NCBI GenBank assembly: GCA_003344405.1 | Contig: NOWV01000144.1 | Span: 124,001-188,000, forward strand | From: Trichoplax sp. H2 | Lineage: Eukaryota | Length of the DNA: 64,000 nucleotides | Direction: 5' to 3' | In this document: piece by piece, positions 52,285-64,000 of the stretch | Position numbering within the stretch: the stretch's first letter is position 1 | How the letters are laid out: the number at the start of each line of letters is the position of its first letter | Program-made: the position numbers and the translations under genes | Notes under the pieces: generated by a model | The model's database searches: none | The model's input: only the letters and a program-made list of their open reading frames with translations | What the model was told of the DNA's origin: nothing

Positions 52285-55200
52285 TGTACTGTACAGTGTA
52301 CAGTACACGGTCTTACAGTATTGTACTGTAGGTCGTGTAGTGATTCACCGCAACTTCCCGTACAGTGTACAGTACAGTAAATGTAGTAGTACAGTACTGT
52401 ACTGTACAGTATTTAGCAATCCATAGTAATGCACTGGAACACGAATGGACGTACAGTACATTGTACTGGACAAGCAAGTCTTGACGTCTTCATCGAATCA
52501 TAGCTAGGTTTTCTTCTTTTTTTACCTTTACTCAAGACGTCTTGGACTTGTTGAAAGACAGAAGAAAGTCAATATTTGTCCAAAATCGTCACCCGTTAAG
52601 GGAGACGGACGTAAAGTGGCCCTTTAGTCCCCCGCAAAATGTGAATATTCCCTACCGAAAGTATCCAACAGTAACATGGCTCATTTGAATGACAATCGAC
52701 TGTCCAGTACAGTACTCATGTATCCTATACTGTCGACTTACAGTACAATATACTGTAGCAAGATACTGTAACTAGAACCAAGGACAATCAAGAAAGACAG
52801 GGTACGGTCGGGAAATGATAGTTCACGTATGTCCAATCAGGCTGGACGATTATTTTACTGGTTGTTTCAGCTGCATCGCATCTCTACCACGGTACGCTAT
52901 ACTGTCCCCAATGGACATCCCAAGACAGCCTGTAGATTCGCTTTGATGCAGTATGGTAGAGCAGACGATCGGAAAATGGATGAGCTTCTACATTATTTTG
53001 TACTGAAAGGCTACTTATTGTCGCTCTTTTTCTAAGTAGACCGTCACTGAATGAGCTTTGCCATTTTTTGTCTTTCATTTTACCTACAAAGGTAAAAGAA
53101 AAGAATATCCAGTAGGCGAGAGAAAACCTCTCCAATTTCTTTTTACAATTACAGTACGATACTGTACAGTGTACAGTGCACAGTACAAAAGACTGCTACA
53201 GTGACAACTGACAAGAATAGTTCTGGTAGTTCATGTTGATTGTTAGCCAAAGACATGAAGAAATAGAAATAGTGTACAGTACAGTACAGTACTGTACATA
53301 AAAGAAGAAAAATCTTTGATTGATTTCTATTGTACAGTACGTACTGTACAGTATAGTGTGCGGGGGCAGTGCCGTAGTGATAATAATTCGGAGGGTCGGC
53401 TGCTCTGTACAGTACATTGTACAACACGTACTGTACTGTAGAGTAATTTGCAACACTAGCATTTTCTTTTACCGTCTACAGTACAGTACAGTACACCGCA
53501 GCGCAGTGGGATAAAAGAAAGAAGAAAAAGCCCTAATGTCTACTGTACTGTACTGTATACTCTCTAAACTGATGGGCATGAAAATGAGATCCCTTCCATT
53601 TTCTCCATAGTAAAAGCTGTTAAAATGGAAATTTCTTGCAATAGGAACCCTCCTTTATAACCATTGAGGTTCAATAAAACTAAAACCAAGTTAGCTAAAT
53701 ACAACCATCAAGACCTCAACTTCTTTACTGTGCTAAAACTAAATCGACTTGACCCATCGGACATGACACACAAATGTTCAAATGTTGATCAACAAAATGG
53801 GTCAAGAAATTTCAATTTTAACAGCGTTTACTATAGAGAAAATGGAAGGGATACAATTCGATACGCACCACTGACTGACGTTCACAAAAACCAAGAAGTT
53901 GTACGGTACCGTACAGTACTAGGATTCAATCTACAGTACAGTGTACTGTATTGTACAGTACTGTACCGTACCCGACCCTGGCAGCAACAATGAAAATACT
54001 GTAGTGGACATACTGTACACTGTAGACTCACTGTACTGCGGTCAGCGACTATCTTTGTCAATAGAGCATCAAGTCGAGTCACTTAGGGACTCAGTCCTAT
54101 ACTGTAGTACTGTATTATTTTAGGATTTTCGCAAAGTAAGAATTAGGACTAGGAAAGTGTACAAAATTCTTTCATTTGATAAAACATCGCTATCACTTGC
54201 TTTGTACAAGTTGTAAACATCGACGAAACATCTGCAAAGAAAAGTCATTGGATCGCGGCTACCTGGATAATTGTTTTTTAATTGTAGAAAATATTCTTGT
54301 GAGCGACGTGATATCGCTTACTATCCTATTTCTTTGCTGTTGGTGCGCTACCGTCATGGTAAAAGTGGAAATTTTTTTTACTATTGAAATTGGTGTATTT
54401 TGATTCCCTGTAGGATTCGTTGACATGTTGATACCAATAGGAAGCCTGCTGTATTTTACTAGCCATTGCATGACTATCCAGTCATCGTCAATACTCGATT
54501 AAATTCTTTTTTCTCTCATTTCGTGTTTGTTGTTTGACGATGCTCTCCTCCTTTGCATACAAAACTCTATACTGTATCGCTGTCACTAGACAGATTGAGC
54601 ACTAACATGACCGTTGACTTGATAACCAATACCATCATTTGGCTGACTGCAGGGTAGTGACTCAACATGTTCATCACAAGACCTCTACAGCTTGTATACT
54701 ATGTTGAGTTCATACACTAATTGTTATAGCTTGTCTACTACAATTTTCACTTGACACAACACAGTATAGGCTACAGTACGGTAACCACTGCTGGACTGGA
54801 TCAGAAAGTAAATTGACTGTATAGTGTAGCATCATGGTAGGATTGTACAGTGATTAGACTAGACGTCCTGGACTGTTTATCTGAAGATAGAAACTCTTTA
54901 TTGTACAGTGTATGACAGTCATGTGTCTTGTACAGCTGGAAATGGATACATGCACACTATGCGTGACAGCAATAAACAGATGTAGAAAAAAGTCCAATAA
55001 TAGTAAAAAAAGCAATCAATCCATTTACAATGTTATAAAAAGTAAAAATGGAATTACAATTTAGCTGTGGTGCTATTGGAAGCTACCTTTTACCTTCTAC
55101 TGTACTCGTTATGTTGCTATAGTTGTTTATTGTTGGATATTGTGTGGATGTGATGATTTGTTCATTTTTCATGCTGTTTTAGTAAGTGGTTTTTTTTTTT

Positions 55201-55800
55201 TCCCCCTCATTTGCAGATGTATGTGTTGTCGCTTACGACTCCAGTGTTTTCTCTACATTAACAATGAGTCAGAAAACCGACACACAGTTTGAGGACATCG
55301 CTCCACCAATCAAGAAACCCCGGTTATCGCCGCCTTCATCTGTTGTATCTCCCGTGGAAAGTACCCGTAAGTTTGAATAATAAATAAACTGCTTACTAAG
55401 GAAGAAAATCGATACCGCCGATTGAGATTTGAAGGTTCAATTTTTTCCGACATTTTCCCGTACAGTGTACAGTATCCCACTGTAGGCACAGTAATTGTAC
55501 TGTAGATGATGGACAATACTGATGCTCTCGGATCATCATCATTGGCTATCAAACACCATAGGCCAATAGACTGACTTGGACACTGTATAGAACATTGTAC
55601 AGTATCCTGGTCGTCCTACTTTACTGTCCACAGTACTGTAGACTTGCCTTACTACAGTACTATTGGACTTGACACTGTAGTCGAGATACAGTACTGCAGT
55701 ACAAGAGCATAAAACTCCGCCTTACCGATGCACACACTACACTACGTTTTAGTACTGAGTGACATAGTGCTACACTGCACTGTAGTCAGTAGAGTGTGCA
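52285..55800. promoter_or_regulatory. Extended TACAG/CTGTA-rich upstream region and first coding intron of CBP
   Basis: Multiple dense tacagtac/gtactgta clusters at about 52285-52470, 52700-52770, 53145-53560, 53900-54115 and 55455-55800. Confidence 0.55.
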
Positions 55801-58800
55801 TACGAATGCGTATCGTACTCTACTCTATCAAAGCATTTTCACATTTGCCTTGTACGCTTGTACACAGTCAGGAGTGAGTAACTGGATGATGAAATTTGCC
55901 TCTCAATTTTGAACGATAGCAACACCTGATCGCTTGATAAGCCTTGCATTAATATAGTGCCTACATTACGATCATCAGCTCTAGTTCCATGTATTGTATT
56001 CAAAATCATCTTTTGAGTCACTGCGATCTTGACCGTATTACACTATATAGAACTAGTTGATGTCAAGAGAAACCTTTTCCAATTTTGACTTCTATCATAG
56101 TCTCTACTCTACCATCGCTGTTACCTTTATAAGGTCGTGATGGTACGAGCCAAAATTCGAGAAAGCTCAAGGCTTTTCTTACCAACCTGTCAGCCATTCT
56201 TAGGAATAGGTACACTTTCACGTCTTACATTACCAGACACTAAAATCCGTTGTATTCTTACTGAAGTACATGACTCAGAGTAAAACAAAAGCATACCTGA
56301 ATATTCGGTTTCAATTCAGATTTCCAACATGGCTCCGCTCTATTTTCAAACAGGCTATCATCTTTTGTTGATCAATCGTCTGTATGATCAACAGTTCAAT
56401 TATAAAACTAAAAATATTTCTTCTATACTGATAGTAATTTGCTACTTTATGTATGGTAAGTCCAGTCTATAGCTAAAGAGGTTCTATTAACCGAATAGTA
56501 CATGTACTAAATTGGCTTGACTTGCAACGATGTTGTTTCGCAGTCAATTAAAACATGGATCAATTTTTCATTGATTGCTTTTTCAATGTTGTACGGTTCT
56601 GGACAAGCATTTCTACCTTGCAAAATAACACTTTGCAATAGCAACATTTTTATGTTGTATCATTTTCTTGACTTTGATAGAAGTAGAGCTATCTAGTTTA
56701 TATGATCTTGAGGATGAATTACCGGATGATATTCTACAGCCGACAGGCAAAGCTAATATATCGGAGACCAATGGCATAGCATCATCAGGTTCTAGCGATA
56801 GCATCGGAAGTGGCCAACTTTACAATAATGATGATAATACCAATAACCGAAATAATATTAGCGGCAATAACAATGATGCACCGACTTCAGCACCATCGAC
56901 ACCATCAAGTAATCAAGTGACGCCACCTGTGGCTGGTATGGCTACGCCCATGATGTCGTTTGCAAACGACATTAATAATTTTAGCAACGGCACAGCCAAT
57001 ATCAATGGCCCACATGTTGGCAATGAGCAGAGGCTGGGTCCGTCTGCTGCTATGCCAATAGTCAAAAGCGAGCCTGATAGTTATGATAAATCCTTTTTCA
57101 TGGTTCGTATATGATATCATCTTTACACTGTGTATTAAGATAAGATGATGAATTAATCAGTTGTATAAATTAATTAAATTGAAAGAGTTATATTTAATGC
57201 TACTGTATCGTGCGATCTTTCTTCGGTAGAATTGTCCTAAAATGTGAAACTGAAGATGTATTGATTTTTTTATCCAGAAGTGCTTATACAATAAATCTCG
57301 ATGATTCTATAGCACTTGTGCTGTCTTGATTAATGCCGCCGCATCTTGTTTATTCTTTCTACATTTAGTCTTCCGGTAGACCTCCCATTTCTTCTAATCA
57401 AGAAAAGTTAAGCAATGGTCATGCGATGAACCCTGGAAATTCAGTATGCCCTACAGATTTAAAAGACACTCCATTGGTAATTAATGGCACATTTTCATTT
57501 AATAGCATGTGCGATAAATTTGGTATAACTACTCTATTAACTGCAGATACTGTAAAGTTTCGATCCTGTACTATTTTATGTTGTTGACCCTTCTATTTGT
57601 AAAGTAATATTACTCGTATTTGTTTATAATAAGCATTTCATTTCTCAGCCTATATCGTGTAATCAAATATATTAAATCCTTGTGCAATGACATTTTAAAT
57701 CATACCGTTAATCCTTTTCAGCCAAATATCACCGTTCACGATCCGGATAAATGTAAATTACTCCAGCAGCAATTAATTCTTCTACTCCACGCTCATAAAT
57801 GCCAACGAAAAAACAGCCGCAATGAAACTAGTAAAGAATGCGAAATACCTCATTGTACCTCCATGAAAGGAGTTTTGGCCCATATGTCAAATTGTCAGGA
57901 GGGTAAATCCTGCCCAGGTATAAATAAAAACCCTACTAACAAATCTTTACTGTCAATTTTTTCCACCGTAAAAATAGCCATGCAAGGATTATATAATAGA
58001 TATGTGAATTTGCGTATACTTGTTCGCTTGTCTATTTTACTACTTTATGAATTATTTAAAAATTAAGTAAGCGCTTGATTTAAGTATTCTGATCTATTCA
58101 ATATCTTGTAGTATTATATTGTGCGTCCTCACGCCAGATAATTTCACATTGGAAGAATTGTTCTCGTACTGATTGTCCAATATGCGGAATATTGAAGGGA
58201 CCAAATCAACGTGAGAATAGCCTTCTGCTATGCAATTGTATTACTGGTTTCTTCATCAATTTTTTAATTATTTTTATGCATCTTCAATACTATAGATTTG
58301 ATTACTAACCGGAAGCCGCAGCTGCGCCCTGATATGATGCAATTTGCAAATGCCTGTATGTATTACCTAAAGATAGATATGGTTCAATGTATAATATTAG
58401 TAATATGTTAACGAACATTTTTAATATTCTCTCTAGCTATTAGAAACGGCATAACATCAACAATGTTGGGTAAGTATTTTTTATTTTGAATTGCTGATGC
58501 TTCTTGAATTATTATTTGTTATTAAGCTACGCATGCAAATCATTTTATATAGCTAATGGAAATCGTACCGCAGGTTTCATATCAGCGACAGTAGACGCCA
58601 AGTCTGGGTAATCAATTATTACGAAGTAGTTTGCGTACAAGTTATTATTTTAATTCCTAAAATAACATTCATCTTCCTGTGCTACAATTAATAAATTTGA
58701 CTCCGTATTTTTAAGCATTAATAATCATGCGAGATCATGGAGGGACGAAATACATAACAGTTTAAGAAAACATATGGCGCAAAAACTGTAAGTAGTCCCT

Positions 58801-61800
58801 GTTTGTTTGAGGTTAATGTCACATTGATTAGTATTATTTTGGACTGTAAGATAACAAACTCTGGTCACTCTAACTAGGATTGGAGCTATCCTTCCACCTC
58901 CAGCAATCATGATTAAAGACGAGCGCAAAGTGCGGCTGATTACGTATGCACATGACGTAGAGCGTGATATGTACCAAAAGGCTAATAGCAAGGTAATGGA
59001 TTGTTGTTTTGGCTGGTAGCCGTAGTTTATTTCCAAGTAGCGTGAGATTAAAAGTATTCAATTATACGCTGCTCATTAAGTAATTGAACAAACTTTAAAA
59101 ATATAGGAAGAGTATTATCAAATGTTAGCCGTGAAAATCTACAAGATAAAGAAGGAATTGGAAGAAAAACGTAAAACTCGTTTAGGTAACTATTTTTACT
59201 AGTGTATTGATATGAAGTTTATAGCATTAAAGTAGTCGTTGATATTATTTTTGAAGCGAAAGAAGGAGTAAATTTTTTGCCCAATCGGGAAAATTCTCAA
59301 GTGCCTTTAGCAAACAACGATAAACCGATATCGAAACAATTGATTCAAAATTTAAATCCAGCCTTACCGAACACGAAGGTAGACATTCTCAATAAACTAA
59401 TTATCTTTGCAAAGTTGTGTATGGTGTATTAACAAGGTGAAACAGGCTATTTAATCACACATGATTCGCATCGGTATTTGCGCTTGTATAAATAGGCTCG
59501 TGGTGGTGATCCTTCGGCGTCCAACAATTCTTCTAGGGTATCTTCCCCTTGCGATGAAATATCGAATTCACGGAAATCTGTTTCCGAAAAGAAAAGTACT
59601 GCTTTATTAACTACTTGGATTTGTAACTATAAAGGAATAAATATGTGGTAGTACATTATTGACTCATCATTACCATTGCAGTGTTCAGCAAAGAGGAGTT
59701 GCATCAACCCTTGATGGCAGTATTACAGAAGTTATCTAGCTCCGCTGATGCTGAGCCTTTCAGAGAGCCGGTTGATCCGAAAGTATTGAATATTCCAGTA
59801 TGCACTAGAATGAAAATATGTTGAAGTAATATTTATCAAGCTATATGCTTGATTCTTTATAACGATCGCATTTATCTCTTGAAAGGATTATTTTGATATC
59901 ATAAAGCATCCTATGGATTTATCTACAATTAGTCGCCGTCTGCATCAAGGAATGTACAAAAGCCCATGGGGAGTAAGTGCTCAGTTTATCTCTACTGTCT
60001 TTATTAAGTATTAAAAAAAGTTTTTGATAATAACTTTGTTTGGATTAGTTTTGTGATGATATGTGGTTGATGTTTGAAAATGCCTGGTTATACAACAAGA
60101 AAAATACGAGAGTCCACAAGCAGTGCACTAAGGTAACATTTATTACTTGTCATATTGGTAGCAAGCAATACAATTATCTGATTCAATATATCTCTATTTT
60201 ACGTTAAAGCTTGCTGAGCTATTTGAAAAAGAAATTACCCCTGTCATGAGAGGTTTTCATTACTGTTGCGGGAAAAAGGTACTTTCCTTTACATCATTAA
60301 TAATGATATACAGCATAATTCGAAAGCATGTTGAATTTACGTCGTTATGAGATAACATATTAAGATGCCATAACTATTTTACAGTATGTTTTCAACCCTC
60401 AAGTATTGTGTTGTTATGGAAAACAACTGTGTACTATCCCAAGAGACAAAGTTTATTGGACTTATCAAGACAGGTATCGTAATGTTAAAATTAGACTATT
60501 ACAATTATCACACTATCTACGTGTATGTTATAACGTGATTTCTAATCGTAAATGTAGATACCATTTCTGTGAAAAGTGTTATAGTGAAATCGAAGGTGAG
60601 AATGTTAGAATAGGAGATGACCCGATCATCCCTCAGAGGTAAATAAAAAGTTTGTAATACAGAATATACATATTTACCCTATTATTTGTCACTGTGTATA
60701 CATGTACTAATTAACAGTATGGGATATCTTGATAGTGCTATACCGAAGAAATACTTTAAAAAGAAAACAAATGATCACTTAGAACCTGAACCGTAAGTTC
60801 CTTGACTTTTAGCTAATCATAACAGAAAGTGTTTTAAGGTGCACCTTGATACGATTTCAGCTGGACAGCTTGCATAGACTGTGGACGAAAGTTTCATTCC
60901 ATTTGTGTCCTTCACTATGATCAACTATCATCTAATGGGTAAGTTAAAAGATAAAATTCGTCGGAAAGATTGATCTCCTTTTGAGCAGTTGTGTTTTAAT
61001 ATTTAACGATAGGTACATATGTAGTCATTGTTTGAAAACTTCTGGATCAAGGAAAAGAGATAGTAAATATTCAGCTAACAGTAAGTACTAAACTGTACGT
61101 AGACTATTTAAGTAACATTGGTCTGAAGATATAATATCTCTTGTAGAACTTCCAGATTCGAATTTAAGTGATCACATAGAAAAGAGAGTCAATAATTTCT
61201 TAAAAGGCAAGGGTGCCGGTAATGTTACCGTGCGGATGGTATCGAATGTTGAAAAAACTGTAGAGGTGAAGCAGGGAATGAGGACAAAGTAAGTATGTCT
61301 TTTGGAGTTGTCTTTGCCTCATGCATTTGAATTTAAGAGATTGTATTAATTTCTTACAGATTTCAAGATCAATTTCCAGAGTCATTCCCATATCGTGCTA
61401 AAGCCCTATTCGTTTTTGAAGAAATTGACGGAACAGATGTATGCTTCTTTGGTATGCATGTTCAGGAATATGGAACAGATTGCTCACCCCCTAACAAAAG
61501 GTAAGATGTTTTAAATGATGATGCGATATCTTTCATGTATTATGAACATTCGTAGTACAACTGTATTAACATCGGTTTTATATGGCTTTTTCATTATATC
61601 ATAATTACTAAAGAAACTGATAACGTTTCCATATTCTATGTCCATTGCAGACGAGTATATGTATCATATCTGGACAGCGTACATTTTTTCAAGCCTAGCA
61701 ATCTTCGAACTGATGTATATCATGAGATTCTCATTGGTTATCTCGAATTTGTTAAGAAAATTGGGTGCGTTTAAACTTCGATATTGTTATTAAATTTTGC

Positions 61801-64000
61801 AGGCTCTTAGGGTTCCTTATTCTATTATCATATTTAGTTATACAATGGCACATATTTGGGCTTGTCCTCCAAGCGAAGGTGATGACTATATCTTTCACTG
61901 TCATCCACCTGAGCAAAAGATACCCAAACCTAAGCGCCTGCAAGAGTGGTACAAAAGGATGCTTGATAAGGCCAAGAAAGAGAGTGTAGTTGTTGATTAC
62001 AAGGTTAGTTTAAGTTGCGAGACAATCTTTTTAGCGTATAATTATAAATATCAATTTCTATCGATTATTGACTTATAGGATATCCATAGAATGTCACAGG
62101 AAGAAAACATTACCAGTGCTAATCAGTTGGCATATTTCGAGGGCGATTTCTGGCCAAATGTTCTAGAAGAGAATATTAAGGAAATAGATCAAGAAGAGCA
62201 GGAGAGAAAGGCGAGTGCGGCGGCTGAAGCTGCTGGACAGGTAGACAACAGCGTTAGCTGTGGCTTGGATTATTCAGAAAGCTCGATATTAGATAGATTA
62301 GATCAAGTATTGATCATGCTTTCGTGATTCATTGTTTTAGGGCTCTAATGGTACGAAAAAAACGGCAAAGAAGGGGAAAATGAAGAAAAATAGCAAAAGT
62401 AAGACAAATAATACACGAAAAAATAAAAAGAATCCATATGCTGGAACGGATCTTACGCAGCGGCTATTTGCAACTATGGAAAAACATAAAGAGGTTCTTT
62501 ATTATCAGTGCTATTCTCACTGTTTTCATAACTGAAGAAACATAACCCTATTTCATTATGTTTAACATCTTTAGGTATTCTTTGTCATCCGATTATACTC
62601 TGTGGAAGAGGCGAAAGAAGTACCAGATATAAAAGATCCAGACTTAGTCATGTCTTGTGATTTAATGGATGGTCGTGATGCATTTTTAACGTTAGCTCGT
62701 GAAAAGCACTTTGAATTTTCCTCATTAAGGCGAGCAAAGTACTCGACAATAGCAATGCTAGTAGAATTGCATAATCAAGGGCAAGACAGATTCGTATACA
62801 CGTGTAACAATTGTAGTAATCACGTTGAAACAAGATACCATTGTTCGATATGTGATGTAAGTATATCGTTGCATCAGTATTATGATAATATGTCTGTAAT
62901 AATTTCTATCCTGAATTTTTTAGGACTTTGATTTATGTTTATCCTGTTATGATAAATTTGGACATGAACACAAAATGGAGAAATTGGGCTTAGATTTAGG
63001 GAATGAATGTAATGGTGATGATAAATCTCGAAATCCACAAGAATCACGACGCCTATCAATACAACGATGTGTCTGGTCATTGCAGCATGCTTGTACTTGC
63101 CCTGGATGCGATGTAAAAAGTTGTAATAAAATGAAGTGGATAGTTCAGCATAGTAAGAACTGTAAAACGAAAAACTCTGGTTGTCATGTTTGCAAGCAGC
63201 TCATAGCACTTTGTTGCTATCATGCAAAAACTTGTAACGATAACCATTGTCCAGTTCCATTCTGTTCAAGTATTAAACAAAAATTACGTATGCAGCAGAT
63301 GCAACGTGATCAATGGACAAGAAGGCGAATGGCTGTAATGCAAACTAGTACTCCTGCATACAATAACCAATTTGTCTCCCAAGAGCCTATTCAACAAACT
63401 GTTAGAAGTCAAGTTGCATATAATTCGATGCAGGGTGGTCCTTCTCGTGGACCACCTAACAACATCGGCTCTAAGGACGCATTAAAACAAGGACGTAATC
63501 CTCATACAATGCAAATTGGTATGGGTAGAGGGCAATTACGAAACGCATCACCATCGTTGATCTCACAGTCACCATCATCTCTGGGTAATAATCCTGCTGT
63601 TGGGCGACAAACGTTTACATCTTCAGAAAATAATTATCAACCTTATCGAAATCCTGTACGACCGGACATTAATAGAAATTTAAATCGAAACAGTGACCTT
63701 GCCCAACAACATATGGATCCTTCAAAAGCGCCTAAAGTTATGACAGAACAAAAACAGAAAATGCTACAGATGTTACAAAATAACTATCAACATTCTGTAC
63801 CTAATAATGTTAATCAGAACCCAACAAATAGTATGACTGGAAACTATGTGAAATCTGCTCAAGATCCATCAAATCAATTCCATCCCAATAAGCAAGTGCA
63901 ACTGCAACAACAAATGAATAAGCAGCAAATATATCCTGGCCAAGCTAACCCAACAATGCAACGCTTGAATAATCAGCCAAATAGGCAACATTTTCAACAA
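55264..64000 (+). CDS. CREBBP: CREB-binding protein / p300 histone acetyltransferase (incomplete at right edge)
   Basis: Domains in order: [10 protein letters not shown]-terminus, [14 protein letters not shown]1 ([15 protein letters not shown]...[12 protein letters not shown]), KIX ([22 protein letters not shown]), bromodomain ([24 protein letters not shown]), RING/PHD, HAT ([40 protein letters not shown]), ZZ, TAZ2 ([13 protein letters not shown]) and a Q/N-rich tail. Confidence 0.97.

Noticed and set aside
52829-54123. Cluster of Y/C/T/V-rich ORFs on both strands
   Set aside because: Translations of TACAG/CTGTA simple sequence with no domain signal.

Overview
AT-rich, intron-dense eukaryotic (animal) DNA with short GT-AG introns and closely packed genes. 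It looks like a compact early-branching metazoan genome; a placozoan such as Trichoplax is my inference, not something I can prove here. By manually splicing and translating exons I can support nine protein-coding genes: the POLR1E/RPA49 N-terminus (-, runs off the left edge), CCDC138 (+), an unusual low-complexity/ankyrin/NEURL4-type ADP-ribosyltransferase-like gene (-), TMEM33 (+, with a duplicated exon), GEMIN8 (-), SPATA4-like (-), GTF3A/TFIIIA (+, with a collapsed finger 4), a giant secreted LamG/calsyntenin-like/cadherin/receptor-L-domain protein (-) and CBP/p300 (+, runs off the right edge). The most interesting observations are the ankyrin + NEURL4-type ART fusion with a stress-type upstream region, the giant secreted calsyntenin-like protein, the TFIIIA oddities, introns apparently made from coding repeats, TACAG/CTGTA clusters near housekeeping-gene starts, and a dispersed GGACTACTAGA hairpin. 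Gene identities come from remembered family motifs; no database search was run.
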